DNA of 64,000 bases, from contig CAWDNW010000001.1 in NCBI GenBank assembly GCA_963803685.1, forward strand, positions 1,870,810 through 1,934,809, written 5' to 3'. Positions 1-10,546 of the stretch are shown piece after piece. Origin of the DNA: an uncultured Cytophagales bacterium. GTDB taxonomy: Bacteria > Bacteroidota > Bacteroidia > Cytophagales > Cyclobacteriaceae. The notes under the pieces are model-generated. The model made no database searches. It saw only the letters and a list, made by a program, of their open reading frames with translations, and was not told the origin of the DNA. The translations under genes were made by a program, and so were the position numbers. Within the stretch, counting starts at the first letter, position 1; each line of letters opens with the position of its first letter.

Positions 1-1
1 G

Positions 2-616
2 GAGGTAACTGATATGGCCAGATCAGTGAAAGCTGAAGTGGTTAGCTCCACTTTTGATGAGCAGGCTGAACGTCATGTAAAAGTGGCTAGCATGGTATTA
101 GAGAAAGCTAAAAGAATGGTAGAATGTGGTCATGATGTAGTAATCTTATTAGATTCAATTACACGTTTGGCCAGGGCATATAATACTGTGGTTCCATCAT
201 CAGGCAAGATCTTATCGGGTGGTGTGGATGCCAACGCCCTTCACAAGCCAAAAAGATTCTTTGGCGCTGCCAGGAATCTGGAAAATGGCGGTTCTTTAAC
301 TATTATTGCTACTGCATTAATTGATACCGGTTCTAAAATGGATGAGGTTATCTTTGAAGAATTTAAAGGTACTGGTAACATGGAATTGGTATTGGATAGA
401 AAGCTTTCTAACAAACGAGTATATCCTGCTATTGATATTTTAGCATCTGGTACCAGAAGAGAAGACTTGTTAATGAGCAAAGACGAACTGCAGAGAGTTT
501 GGATTTTGCGTAAGTTTATGTCTGATATGAATTCAGGTGAAGCAATGGAATTGTTGTTAACCAAAATGAAAGGAACTGTGGATAATGATGAGTTCCTGAT
601 ATCCATGAATGGATAA
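2..616 (+). CDS. rho: Transcription termination factor Rho, C-terminal ~205 aa (5' end lies upstream of the window)
   Basis: The frame is open from the window edge. The translation [20 protein letters not shown]...[22 protein letters not shown]...[34 protein letters not shown] follows the E. coli Rho ATPase domain motif by motif. Confidence 0.95.
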   Translation, partial: EVTDMARSVKAEVVSSTFDEQAERHVKVASMVLEKAKRMVECGHDVVILLDSITRLARAYNTVVPSSGKILSGGVDANALHKPKRFFGAARNLENGGSLTIIATALIDTGSKMDEVIFEEFKGTGNMELVLDRKLSNKRVYPAIDILASGTRREDLLMSKDELQRVWILRKFMSDMNSGEAMELLLTKMKGTVDNDEFLISMNG

Positions 617-1751
617 ATTAACCAAAAAAATAATAGAATTACCTAAGCGGCTTCTGGTAAAGGAGCCGCTTAATTTATATACCGGCATTCGCGGAATGTT
701 CCGTGATAGCTCTAAGATTGCTGGCCTACCTCCCGGTCATGCTGTTTATACCGGAATCCGCAAAGACAGTCCATTCAACATTTCAGTATTCTCGTACACA
801 GAAAATTACCTTACAGAAGAGGAAAATGTAAGCTTAGAGACTTTAATGGATTTAAGCAAAACAGATGATTTTAAGTGGGTTAATATCGAAGGTATTTACC
901 ACGTGGATCAGGTGAAAAAGATTTGTGAGAATTTTGATATTCATCCATTAACTATGGAGGACATACTTTCTGTCGAGCAAAGACCAAAGATTGACGAAAG
1001 TGAAGAATACCTCTACATTGCTTTGCGGATGTTGCAATTTGATCCGGATAAACGTAAAACCGTAAGTGAGCAGGTTAGCTTTGTCTTAAAAAACAACATA
1101 GTCTTTACTTTTCAAGAAAGAAAAGGAGATACATTTGAAGGCGTAAGAACCCGTTTAAGGGCAGGTAAGGGAAGAATAAGGAAAGAGGGTTGTGATTATC
1201 TATTATATGCTTTGATAGATACTGTTGTAGATCATTATTTTATTGTGTTGGAAAGCTTCGGAGATATTTTAGAAGATATTGAAGAGCGGATTATGTATGC
1301 GGGGGATAAAAAGGATTTTGATCGACTGTATGAGCTAAAAAGAGAAATGATTCATATCAGGAGGTCAGTATGGCCTTTGCGTGAGGTAATTTCTAAATTA
1401 GAGAGGGATGATCTGAAGCTTATTAAAAAAACGACTCGCTTTTATATCCGAGATGTCTATGATCATACCATCCAGGCTATTGATTCTGTAGAAACCTACC
1501 GTGACTTTATTTCCAGTTTAGGAGATTTATATCAGTCGGTGATCAGCAATAAAATGAACCAGGTAATGAAAACGCTAACAATTTTCTCAGTGATTTTTAT
1601 CCCCCTCACCTTTATTGCAGGTGTGTATGGTATCAACTTTGAAAATGTACCTGAATTTAGTTGGGAGTATGGTTACGCATATTTTTGGGGTCTTATTATC
1701 GCAAGTGCACTTGTAACTTTAGTATTATTCAAGGTTAAAAAGTGGATTTAA
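609..1751 (+). CDS. corA: CorA-family divalent cation transporter (signature is GIN rather than GMN)
   Basis: 380 aa with a CorA-like N-terminus ([11 protein letters not shown]), two C-terminal TM helices and the signature loop [15 protein letters not shown]. The ATG at 609 overlaps the rho stop by 8 nt. Confidence 0.85.
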   Translation: MDKLTKKIIELPKRLLVKEPLNLYTGIRGMFRDSSKIAGLPPGHAVYTGIRKDSPFNISVFSYTENYLTEEENVSLETLMDLSKTDDFKWVNIEGIYHVDQVKKICENFDIHPLTMEDILSVEQRPKIDESEEYLYIALRMLQFDPDKRKTVSEQVSFVLKNNIVFTFQERKGDTFEGVRTRLRAGKGRIRKEGCDYLLYALIDTVVDHYFIVLESFGDILEDIEERIMYAGDKKDFDRLYELKREMIHIRRSVWPLREVISKLERDDLKLIKKTTRFYIRDVYDHTIQAIDSVETYRDFISSLGDLYQSVISNKMNQVMKTLTIFSVIFIPLTFIAGVYGINFENVPEFSWEYGYAYFWGLIIASALVTLVLFKVKKWI

Positions 1752-1761
1752 ACTTAGGTAT

Positions 1762-1788
1762 AAAAAAAAAGGGCCTAAGCCCCTTTAT
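1762..1788. terminator. Bidirectional rho-independent terminator between convergent corA and the lipoprotein gene
   Basis: A9 run, then GGGC-CTAA-GCCC hairpin (1771-1782), then TTT. On the minus strand this reads as a hairpin followed by U9. Confidence 0.6.
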
Positions 1789-1813
1789 TATTTGTACCTC
1801 GCTGATTTGTTTA

Positions 1814-2644
1814 TTACATCGGAGCATTTTCTTTTAATTGTACAGTTCTCGTCACAGGATTAAAGGGACTTGGTATAAGTTCTCCATTAGCATCTAGCAG
1901 TTCTAATTTAATTTCCATTTCTGCAATGTCATGTCCTTCAATGAAAAATGGCTGCCATTTGTCTATCATAAATTCCTGCCCATTTATTGTAGCTCTTACT
2001 TTGTTGCCATCTTGAGATAATTCTGTATTAATTAAGTAAAAGTCCAATAAAACCTTTTTTGCATCTTCACCTGTGTAAGTGCCTTTTGGTCTGCTATAGA
2101 ACATATGCGGATTAGATAAGTTAGCTACTTCCTGATCTTTTGCTGGCCTTCCCACAGTGAACTGTCTAATGTTGTATGCGCTATAAGTTTTTACGCTTTC
2201 GTGGTATGATCTTGAAAGAAACGAAAGTGCTACATAATGCCCTTCCAATAAATTTTTAGTGAAGGATGACTCATAATGAGCTGAATATGGCTCATTATTT
2301 AAGATTAAATGGATATGCTGTCCATCCGGTGAGTTGGCACAATTCTTTATATCCGCATCAATAGTTTGTGTGGCTAAATCGTAGTTTTTAACATTGTAGG
2401 TGAATTTTACATCGCCCGGTTCAATAGATGCTGCATTTTCCTGCGGATCTAACATTTCTAATATGGCATCATCAAATTCCGGTGATTCAACAGGAGATAA
2501 AGTGATATCAGAAGTTTCTGTTTCTTTCATACTTAGTGAATCCGCTGATTCATCAGTAGCGTTTTCATTCTTATTACCTGTGGTACAAGAAAATATTGCG
2601 GCCATAAGTAAAATAATACTTAGTCTTGTGATTAATTGTGTCAT
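1814..2644 (-). CDS. Hypothetical lipoprotein, function unknown
   Basis: 276 aa with a signal peptide and lipobox (LLMAAIFSC) followed by an acidic linker. It has a His-rich patch (DGQHIHLILNN) reminiscent of DUF4399-type domains, but I could not identify the family firmly. Confidence 0.6.
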   Translation of the reverse strand: MTQLITRLSIILLMAAIFSCTTGNKNENATDESADSLSMKETETSDITLSPVESPEFDDAILEMLDPQENAASIEPGDVKFTYNVKNYDLATQTIDADIKNCANSPDGQHIHLILNNEPYSAHYESSFTKNLLEGHYVALSFLSRSYHESVKTYSAYNIRQFTVGRPAKDQEVANLSNPHMFYSRPKGTYTGEDAKKVLLDFYLINTELSQDGNKVRATINGQEFMIDKWQPFFIEGHDIAEMEIKLELLDANGELIPSPFNPVTRTVQLKENAPM

Positions 2645-2813
2645 AGTTTAGTATTTAGGTGTTTTAACAAGGTTTATTAGTTCCAATACAATAGCTTTGT
2701 ATTTATATCAAAACCTACTTTTCAGTATTACTTTTTTGTTTTACATTAGTACAACTATAGTATACTAAATGTAGGGCTATTATGTTGCAGAATCAAATTT
2801 GAACAATTACAAT

Positions 2814-3791
2814 ATGAGTGACAAATTATATAATGAAATTCCTTCTTTAAATCTGAAGGATTTCACAGACGGATCTGAGGACGAGAAAAAGCAATTTGTA
2901 AAGGATTTAGGCAATGCTTACAATTCAATAGGGTTTGTTGCTATCAAGGGACATTACTTAACCGATGAGCTAAGCAAGAAGTTGTATTCAATTGTGGAAA
3001 GGTTTTTTAATTTATCTCTGGATAAAAAGAAAGGCTTTGAAAATCCGGCTTTAGCAGGACAAAGAGGGTATACCAGCACAGGAAGAGAGCAGGCAAAAGG
3101 GCATAGCGTTCCTGATTTAAAGGAATTTTACCAGATAGGACAATTTGTTCCTGATGGGCACCCTATGAAGAAAGAGTATCCGGATAATGTATGGCCTGAA
3201 GATATTCCAGAAATGGCTGCTGTAGCTAAGGAAATCTATCAGAATTTGGAGAAAACCGGTGTGGAAATGCTAAGAGCCATTGCATTATATCTTGAATTAC
3301 CGGAAAGCTATTTTGATTCGAAGGTTGAGTACGGGAATAGTATCCTAAGAGCCATTCATTATCCACCGATTGAAAACCCAGATGCTTTACCTGATGGTGC
3401 GGTTAGAGCAGCGCAACATGGTGATATAAACTTAATAACCCTTTTAATGGGTGCAAGTGCCGATGGCTTACAGGTGCTAAGAAGAGATGGTGAATGGATT
3501 CCTATTACTGCATTGCCTAATCAGTTGGTGGTGAATGTGGGAGATATGCTGGCCCGTCTTACAAACGATAAATTGAAGTCTACTATTCATAGGGTAGTAA
3601 ATCCACCAAAGGATCAAATGAAGAATTCCAGGTATAGCATTCCGTTTTTTATGCACCCTAAATCAAATATGGACCTCACGTGTTTGGAAAGTTGTGTAAG
3701 TGATGAAAATCCTAAAAAATATGAAGACATAACTGCAGGTGAGTTCTTGCAGGAGAGATTAGCAGAAATAGGCCTGTTGAAGAAAAAATAG
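2814..3791 (+). CDS. 2OG-Fe(II) oxygenase, isopenicillin-N-synthase-like family
   Basis: About 325 aa with HGDINLITLL (HxD) and a distal STIHRV...RYSIPFF (H...RxS) facial triad. The ATG at 2814 is preferred over the TTG at 2799. Confidence 0.8.
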   Translation: MSDKLYNEIPSLNLKDFTDGSEDEKKQFVKDLGNAYNSIGFVAIKGHYLTDELSKKLYSIVERFFNLSLDKKKGFENPALAGQRGYTSTGREQAKGHSVPDLKEFYQIGQFVPDGHPMKKEYPDNVWPEDIPEMAAVAKEIYQNLEKTGVEMLRAIALYLELPESYFDSKVEYGNSILRAIHYPPIENPDALPDGAVRAAQHGDINLITLLMGASADGLQVLRRDGEWIPITALPNQLVVNVGDMLARLTNDKLKSTIHRVVNPPKDQMKNSRYSIPFFMHPKSNMDLTCLESCVSDENPKKYEDITAGEFLQERLAEIGLLKKK

Positions 3792-4970
3792 GTGGTTCGG
3801 AGTATCCGATATTATATTTTTCTAAAGGATATATTTATCATATCTGTTACTGCTTTTGGGGGGGTAACAGCTACTTTTGCATTATTTCTCGACTACCTTG
3901 TTAAAAAAAGAGGCTATCTAACAGAAGAAGAACTTATTGAAATGAATGCCCTGTGTCAGATTTTGCCGGGGCCTTCTTCCACTCAAATTCTATGTGGATT
4001 AGCTTATAAAATAGGAGGGGCGCCCTTTGCTTTCCTGACCTTATTTGTCTGGGCAATTCCGGCAGTGGCTCTAATGACAGGTTTTGCCATTCTGATGTCT
4101 AATATTGACTCTAAAGAGCTTTCTACTGAATTTACACGCTTCATACAGCCGATTGCTGTAGGTTTTGTGGGTGTAGCAGCATACAGGTTGTGCATAAAGG
4201 TAATTCATACGAAAACTAGCTTTATCTTACTGATAGCTTCAGCTATTATAACAGTGTTTATAGGTTCTCCTTATTTGTTTCCAGCGCTTATTTTAGCAGG
4301 AGGGTTAGCAACTACTTTTAAATATAAAAAGCAGCCTATACAGGTAAAAGGAAAGATCCGAATTAGATGGACCGCCTTAATAATTTGGATAGGTGTTTTA
4401 ATACTGATAGCGATTGTGGGTACAGTCACTCAGTCCTTACCCATTAGGTTACTGGAAAATTTTTATAGAAACGGAAGCCTTATATTTGGTGGTGGTCAGG
4501 TGCTTGTGCCTTTTCTCTATACGGAATTCGTAGATTTTAAGGATTATTTGAGCTCTTCAGAATTCTTAAGTGGTTTTGCTATTTCTCAGGCCATTCCTGG
4601 CCCTACATTTTCTTTCGCCTCCTATATTGGAGCACTTTCTATGAGAGAATATGGTACCTGGGGTGAAATTTTAGGGGGATTTTTGGCAGCTGTAGGTATT
4701 TTCGTTCCTGGAACCCTTATGATCTTCTTCCTGGTGCGCTTCTGGGACGAGTTAAAAAAGTACCGAATTATAAAGGCTTCACTGGAAGGAATAACTGCAG
4801 TTAGTTCAGGTATGGTAGTGGCTGCCGTCCTGTTATTATTTGAGCCAGTAGAAAACACAGTGTTAAATTTTTCTATAATAGTTGCCACCATCTGTATTTT
4901 AGTTTTCACTAAAATTCCTGCCCCTTACATCGTTATTGTAGGATTGATAGCAGGATTTTTGATAAAGTAA
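3792..4970 (+). CDS. chrA: Chromate transporter ChrA family, two-domain form
   Basis: 392 aa polytopic membrane protein with duplicated halves carrying TAFGG.../LPGPSSTQ and GGGQVLVP.../IPGPTFS motifs. The GTG start directly follows the oxygenase stop codon. Confidence 0.8.
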   Translation: MVRSIRYYIFLKDIFIISVTAFGGVTATFALFLDYLVKKRGYLTEEELIEMNALCQILPGPSSTQILCGLAYKIGGAPFAFLTLFVWAIPAVALMTGFAILMSNIDSKELSTEFTRFIQPIAVGFVGVAAYRLCIKVIHTKTSFILLIASAIITVFIGSPYLFPALILAGGLATTFKYKKQPIQVKGKIRIRWTALIIWIGVLILIAIVGTVTQSLPIRLLENFYRNGSLIFGGGQVLVPFLYTEFVDFKDYLSSSEFLSGFAISQAIPGPTFSFASYIGALSMREYGTWGEILGGFLAAVGIFVPGTLMIFFLVRFWDELKKYRIIKASLEGITAVSSGMVVAAVLLLFEPVENTVLNFSIIVATICILVFTKIPAPYIVIVGLIAGFLIK

Positions 4971-4987
4971 GTTGCAGCAGTTAAATT

Positions 4988-5899
4988 TTAGATGACTTGA
5001 GAGGCTGTATATGCCAAAGAAGATTGGCTTTTTTCTACTTCTAAAATTGTACTTCCGCCGTGCACTAGAGGCAAGTTTTCCTTTCCATGCCCGAATGGAA
5101 AATTAAACGCAATAGGAAAATCATAAACCGAACAATGTGCAAGAATAATTTCTTCCACCGATTGACCAAATAATTCCTTGGTTTCTTTCAGATCTGTAAA
5201 CTGGCCAACAACCAAGCCGGCTAGATCTTTTAATTTTCCTGCCCTTTTGAGCTGAAGCAACATTCTGTCAGCATTATACAGTGGTTCTCCTACTTCTTCA
5301 AGAAAAAGGATTTTACCATTATAATCCAGTTCAGTATTAGAGCCTATTTGGTGTACTAACAATGATAGGTTACCGCCTATCAAGTGACCTCTTGCAGTTC
5401 CAGGCTTATTATATTCACTTTCAGCTGTAATTGGCTTGAGTTTACCAATCAAACTATGAAGGTAAGCCGTTTGGTTATTAGCAGATAGTTTGGAAATACC
5501 CTGTGTTACACTCGCATGTAAACTCGCATAACCGTTTTGGTAGGCAGCATGCAATAGGGCAGTAATATCACTAAAGCCAATAATCCATTTCGGATGTTTT
5601 TTAAAGCCTGACCATTCTAGGTTGTCCACAAGGTGTGTTATTCCAAAGCCCCCTCTAGCACATAAAATAGCCTTAGCAGTGGGATGATCTAATGCGAATT
5701 GTAAATCTGATAGTCTTTGTTGAAAAGTCCCAGCAAATTTAAAATGTTGTGTAAAAACATGCGGAGCTAGTTCTGTTTGAAATCCTTGACTTTTCAAAAT
5801 TTGAACTCCTTCTAATACTTGGACTTTATTTACTACTCCAGAAGGACTAATGATTACAATTAAGTCGTTGTTTTGGAGAAATTCTGGATGATAAATCAT
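4988..5899 (-). CDS. ldcA: LD-carboxypeptidase (muramoyltetrapeptide carboxypeptidase, peptidase S66)
   Basis: 303 aa with the nucleophile motif IIGFSDITAL and C-terminal FNFPFGHG, which is typical of the S66 family. Confidence 0.85.
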   Translation of the reverse strand: MIYHPEFLQNNDLIVIISPSGVVNKVQVLEGVQILKSQGFQTELAPHVFTQHFKFAGTFQQRLSDLQFALDHPTAKAILCARGGFGITHLVDNLEWSGFKKHPKWIIGFSDITALLHAAYQNGYASLHASVTQGISKLSANNQTAYLHSLIGKLKPITAESEYNKPGTARGHLIGGNLSLLVHQIGSNTELDYNGKILFLEEVGEPLYNADRMLLQLKRAGKLKDLAGLVVGQFTDLKETKELFGQSVEEIILAHCSVYDFPIAFNFPFGHGKENLPLVHGGSTILEVEKSQSSLAYTASQVI

Positions 5900-5943
5900 T
5901 TACTTGGAATTTTAGGAATACTTCAATGTAGAAAAACATGAGC

Positions 5944-5980
5944 AAAAAAAATAGCTCTGAACATTAATCCAGAGCTATTT
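5944..5980 (-). terminator. Rho-independent terminator ending the uppS-bamA-skp-skp operon
   Basis: A 9-bp perfect stem ATAGCTCTG/CAGAGCTAT (5951-5959 and 5970-5978) with a 10-nt loop. On the minus strand it is followed by T7. Confidence 0.8.
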
Positions 5981-6003
5981 ATAATTTTTAAAAAGGGAAT
6001 ATT

Positions 6004-6540
6004 TTATTCCTCGTCTCTTGCAGGTGGTTCAACACCTAACTTTCTAAGTACAGAGTCTGAAATATCACCAGTTTTTTCATCAGAAATATATAATAAGGCT
6101 TCTGCTCTTAAAATATGAGTATATCCTTCTTCCTTCGCAACTTTATCAATAGTAGTTTGTATTTTTTCATAAAGTGGCTGATACAATTCCTGTTGTTTTT
6201 TTACAATTGATTGTTCAGCATCTTGCTGAAACTTTTGCAAAGTTTGGTTCTCAGCTTGTAACTCTTGTTCTTTTTGTGCTCTAACTTGCTCAGTCATTGT
6301 GGGAGCATTCTGTTGATATTCAGCAACTTTAGTTTGGAAAGTCTGATATTTTTGCTGAATAGAAGTGGTGAATTGCTTTTCATAATTAGCCACTTGAGAT
6401 TCTACTTCTTTCGTTTCTGGCATTAAGCTTAATACGTAGTCTGCGTTAGTAAAACCTATTTTTGTATTTTGTGCATAGGCGTTAAATACAAAACCTAATG
6501 CCAACATCATTACTAAAACCTTTTTCATCGTTTTTCTCAA
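6004..6540 (-). CDS. OmpH/Skp-family periplasmic chaperone
   Basis: 178 aa with a signal peptide and a long Q/E/K-rich coiled coil. It lies directly downstream of bamA. Confidence 0.85.
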   Translation of the reverse strand: MRKTMKKVLVMMLALGFVFNAYAQNTKIGFTNADYVLSLMPETKEVESQVANYEKQFTTSIQQKYQTFQTKVAEYQQNAPTMTEQVRAQKEQELQAENQTLQKFQQDAEQSIVKKQQELYQPLYEKIQTTIDKVAKEEGYTHILRAEALLYISDEKTGDISDSVLRKLGVEPPARDEE

Positions 6541-6543
6541 TTT

Positions 6544-7086
6544 TTAATTTTTATTTAAATCATTATCATCCAATAAACCTAATTCCTCTAATACAAGATC
6601 GGTATAATCATGTATAGGATCGGTATATATCATTATTAATTCACCGGCTTTGTCAAATATAAACTGTAATCTTTCTTTTTTTGCAACCACTTCGGCCGCA
6701 TCAAACACTTTATCCTGCACCGGTTTAATTAACTCCTTCTTTTTAAGGAAAAACATTCCGTCAAAACCAAACACTTTTTTTTGGTATTCTTTTACTTCCA
6801 GTTCCTTTTCTTCGATGACTTTTAATCGCTCATCTCTTAATTTCTTAGTAAGAAGTACCTCTTCCGCTTTTAATTCCGAGTACATTGCCTCAATCTCTTT
6901 TCGCATCCCCTGAATTTCATTTTGCCACGCAGCAGATAGACTTTCTATTTCCTGCTGGGCTTCCTGATATTCTGGCATCTTTGAGAGAATGAACTTGGAA
7001 TCCACATAACCAAATTTTTGTGCTTGCACGCTTTGCAAACAAAGCAACAAAAATACGATGCTTACTGCTACATTAACAAATCTCAT
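6544..7086 (-). CDS. OmpH/Skp-family periplasmic chaperone, second paralog
   Basis: 180 aa with a signal peptide (SVQAQKFGYVD) and a coiled-coil body. This is the tandem OmpH pair typical of Bacteroidota. Confidence 0.85.
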   Translation of the reverse strand: MRFVNVAVSIVFLLLCLQSVQAQKFGYVDSKFILSKMPEYQEAQQEIESLSAAWQNEIQGMRKEIEAMYSELKAEEVLLTKKLRDERLKVIEEKELEVKEYQKKVFGFDGMFFLKKKELIKPVQDKVFDAAEVVAKKERLQFIFDKAGELIMIYTDPIHDYTDLVLEELGLLDDNDLNKN

Positions 7087-7092
7087 ACCAAT

Positions 7093-9741
7093 TTATCTTA
7101 TTTGATTTCCTATAGTAAAATGAATTTGTCCACCACTTGGTAATGTTTGACCCGGTGCAGGGTCGAAGCCATAACCCCAGTCAATTCCTATTGTGCCAAA
7201 AGCAGGCATAAATATCCTTGCTCCAAAACCAGCAGATCTCTTCAGATCATAAGGATTATAGTCTTTAAAACTTGTCCAGGTATTTCCGGCTTCTCCAAAA
7301 CCTAGAACATAAATAGTAGCAGAAGGGTTTAATGAAATTGGGTAACGTAATTCCATCACAAATTTATTGTAAATAGTACCTCCACTTAATACAGCAACAT
7401 CGGGCCTTCCGTTTTCAAAAGTCCTCACAAACTCAGTTGGTCGAAGTGAATTATCTTCGTAACCTCTTAGTCCAATAATATCACTACCTAATATGAAATT
7501 TTGTCCGGCCAGTCCAGACCCTCCTAATATGAATCTTTCAAATGGCCCAACACTTACACCATTTTGATAGCTATTTAAGAATCCCATATTGGCTCTGGTA
7601 TTAATTACAAGATCTCCCACTACTTTGTTAAAGAAGGAAGCATCAAACATCCATTTATTATATTCAACAAATCTAATCGCTTCTGTAAAAGAAATTCTAT
7701 CGTACTCTTTGTCATTAAATAAGCTGTAAGGAGGAGTTAATGCCAAACTCAAAGTAATATTGGAACCTTGTCGTGGGAATATGGGATTATCAACGCTATT
7801 ACGAGAGAGCGTAGTTTTAAAGATAATATTATTTGCAGCACAATCGGCACAACCTAAACTGGTTCCATAGTTATTTAAGGTATATTTAGAATACTCTAAA
7901 GTATTAGATAGGTTGAAAAACTGATCCGGCCATTGCAGTCTTCTTGCCAAACTTACAAAACCTCTTGCCACACTAAAAGAACCATCGGTTTGCGCTCGTG
8001 GATCCTGAAAATTAATTCTACCCTGATAAGAATAGCTGCCACCAACTGTTAAAGCATTCGGCTTTTTACCTCCTAACCATGGTTCTGTAAATGAAGCATT
8101 ATAGCTTTGGAATTGTCTACCATTTGCCTGAAATGATAGAGATAGTATCTGACCATCTCCTACCGGCAATGGATCCCAGTTTTTAAAATCCAGAAAATTA
8201 CTTAAAGAGAAATTATTGAAAGTAACACCTAAGCTACCCACGAAGCCAATAAATCCTCCCCAACCACCGGAAAGTTGAATTTGGTCGTTAGATACCTCTT
8301 CCAGTTCCCAGTTAATATCTACAGTACCATCATTCGGGTTAGGAATTGGAACAGGATTAACTGTTTCCGGATTAAAGTATCCTAATTGTGATAATCTTCT
8401 TTGGGTTTCAATTAGGTTTCTTCTGCTAAATTTCTGACCTGGAATTGTTTGTAATTCACGAATTACCACGTGATCGTTTGTACGAGTATTACCTGCTATA
8501 TTTACGTTTTTAATCGTAGCTTGGGGTCCTTCAGATATCCTCATCTCTAAATCAATAGAGTCGCCTTCCACCCTGGTTTCAACTGGGGTTACATTGAAAA
8601 ACAAGTATCCGTTGTCCATGTAAATAGAACTTATGTCTTCTCCGGTAGGCTCATAATTCAGCTTTCTATTTATTTTTTCCAGATTATATACATCGCCTTT
8701 TTCCACCTGTAAAATGGCGTCCAGTAATGCATCCTGATAGGTAAAATTACCCTCCCAGTTAATATTTCTGAAATAGTACTTTTGTCCTTCCGAGATCCCT
8801 ATCTCTATAGCAATATCATTACCATCTCTGTAGACAGTATCGTAAAGAATTTCCATATCCCGGAAACCTTTACTATTATAAAAATCAACAATGAGCTGCT
8901 TGTCATTTTTAAATTCAGATTGAACCAGTTTAGAGGTTTTGAAAAAGTTAACATTTACATGTTCACCCAAATAGTCCAGAACCCTTTGATTGCCCACACT
9001 ATCTTGTCGGCTAAAGAATTGAAACCAATTTTTTGGACTTGACCGAACAGCTCTACCAAATATATCCTGAAATAAAGTGAAATGAAGTTTTTCACTTGTT
9101 TTCTTCATTTTAGACTTTAACCTCCTGTCGCCAAATTCATTATTTCCTACAAAATAGATATCCTGAATTTTGACTTTATTCTTTTTATCAACATCAAAAA
9201 TGAGTTCAACTCCATTTCCTATTAATGTGTCCGGCCTTTGACTTGAGCTCACTTCTACATTTAAAAATCCTTTGCCTTTATAAAATTTAGAAATAGTTAA
9301 TTCCGCATTTTTTACTGAAGCATCTGATAAAATTCTGCCCTTAACCAAGGTTAATTCATCAGAAAGTTCGGTTTCCTTCGCTTTCTTAACACCTTTGAAA
9401 GTAAATTTTGTAAGCCTTGGTAATTCCAATAGTTGAAGAGTAATCTTGATTTTTCCTTCTTCAACTACTTCATAAAGTATCTTTACATCTGCAAAAAGGC
9501 CCTGCCTCCATAATTTCTTAATGGCAAAAGAAATGTCATCACCGGGGATGTCAATTCTATCTCCTACGCTAATACCCGTAATAGATACTACAGCATTTTC
9601 ATCCAGGTATTCTAAACCGTCAGCAACTATTTCAGCTACCTCGTATTTTCTAGGGCTATCGTAGTTAAGCGATTTATTAATCTGAGCCGATAGCGAGCCG
9701 GTAAGAAAGACTGATACAATTACTACTAAAATTCTCTTCAT
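7093..9741 (-). CDS. bamA: Outer membrane protein assembly factor BamA (Omp85)
   Basis: 882 aa with a signal peptide, repeated POTRA-like segments and a C-terminal beta-barrel (GGSGLAGQN...RGY...GIDWGYGF). It overlaps uppS by 4 nt. Confidence 0.92.
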   Translation of the reverse strand: MKRILVVIVSVFLTGSLSAQINKSLNYDSPRKYEVAEIVADGLEYLDENAVVSITGISVGDRIDIPGDDISFAIKKLWRQGLFADVKILYEVVEEGKIKITLQLLELPRLTKFTFKGVKKAKETELSDELTLVKGRILSDASVKNAELTISKFYKGKGFLNVEVSSSQRPDTLIGNGVELIFDVDKKNKVKIQDIYFVGNNEFGDRRLKSKMKKTSEKLHFTLFQDIFGRAVRSSPKNWFQFFSRQDSVGNQRVLDYLGEHVNVNFFKTSKLVQSEFKNDKQLIVDFYNSKGFRDMEILYDTVYRDGNDIAIEIGISEGQKYYFRNINWEGNFTYQDALLDAILQVEKGDVYNLEKINRKLNYEPTGEDISSIYMDNGYLFFNVTPVETRVEGDSIDLEMRISEGPQATIKNVNIAGNTRTNDHVVIRELQTIPGQKFSRRNLIETQRRLSQLGYFNPETVNPVPIPNPNDGTVDINWELEEVSNDQIQLSGGWGGFIGFVGSLGVTFNNFSLSNFLDFKNWDPLPVGDGQILSLSFQANGRQFQSYNASFTEPWLGGKKPNALTVGGSYSYQGRINFQDPRAQTDGSFSVARGFVSLARRLQWPDQFFNLSNTLEYSKYTLNNYGTSLGCADCAANNIIFKTTLSRNSVDNPIFPRQGSNITLSLALTPPYSLFNDKEYDRISFTEAIRFVEYNKWMFDASFFNKVVGDLVINTRANMGFLNSYQNGVSVGPFERFILGGSGLAGQNFILGSDIIGLRGYEDNSLRPTEFVRTFENGRPDVAVLSGGTIYNKFVMELRYPISLNPSATIYVLGFGEAGNTWTSFKDYNPYDLKRSAGFGARIFMPAFGTIGIDWGYGFDPAPGQTLPSGGQIHFTIGNQIR

Positions 9742-10466
9742 TCACTTAATACTTTACCGAATCTGCGTTCTCTTTTTTGATAATTTTTTAAAGCTTCGAC
9801 CAAATCAGTTTTCCTGAAATCCGGCCATAATACCTCAGTAACATAAATTTCTGTATAAGCCATTTGCCATAACATGAAATTGCTGATCCTTAATTCTCCG
9901 CTAGTACGGATTAATAATTCAGGGTCAGGCACATTAGCTGTAGATAAAAATGACTCAAACAATTCAGAGTTAATTTGATCTGATTTTATATTGTTATCCT
10001 TGGCATATTGTACAGATTTTTGTGTAGCCTGCATAATATCCCATTTTCCGCTATAATTTAAGGCTAGAATAAGGTTGAGACCTTCATTTTTTGCTGTACG
10101 ATCAATAGCATCATTTAATTCTTTATAACATTTTGCAGGTAGATTATTAATGTCTCCTATGGCACTTAGCCTTACATTGTTTTCCTGCAATGTTTTCATT
10201 TCATTTTTGATGGTGCTTACCAGTAATTGCATTAAAGCATCCACCTCCATTTTAGGTCTGGCCCAATTTTCTGTTGAAAAAGCATATAAACTTAAGTGTT
10301 TAATACCTAATTCAGCTGATCCCTCAACAACATCTCTGACAGCTTTAATGGCATTCTTATGACCGAATACTCTTGCAGCTCCCTGCTTTTTAGCCCATCT
10401 ACCATTTCCATCCATAATAACGGCCACATGATGTGGTAAATTGCTTTTATCTAATTCTTTATCCAT
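9738..10466 (-). CDS. uppS: Ditrans,polycis-undecaprenyl-diphosphate synthase (isoprenyl transferase)
   Basis: 242 aa with HVAVIMDGNGRWAKK, FSTENWARP and the C-terminal RERRFG motif. Confidence 0.95.
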   Translation of the reverse strand: MDKELDKSNLPHHVAVIMDGNGRWAKKQGAARVFGHKNAIKAVRDVVEGSAELGIKHLSLYAFSTENWARPKMEVDALMQLLVSTIKNEMKTLQENNVRLSAIGDINNLPAKCYKELNDAIDRTAKNEGLNLILALNYSGKWDIMQATQKSVQYAKDNNIKSDQINSELFESFLSTANVPDPELLIRTSGELRISNFMLWQMAYTEIYVTEVLWPDFRKTDLVEALKNYQKRERRFGKVLSE

Positions 10467-10546
10467 TGATTAATAGAGCGCCAAAATTGGGCTGCAAGGT
10501 ACAAAAATGATTCCTATTAATAAACCTATGTTTGATTAGATTTATT

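Noticed and set aside
3789-3794. The 2OG oxygenase and chrA abutting (TAG immediately followed by GTG) as a functional pair
   Set aside because: Tight spacing is common throughout this window. I know of no mechanistic link between the two families. It is noted only as probable co-transcription.
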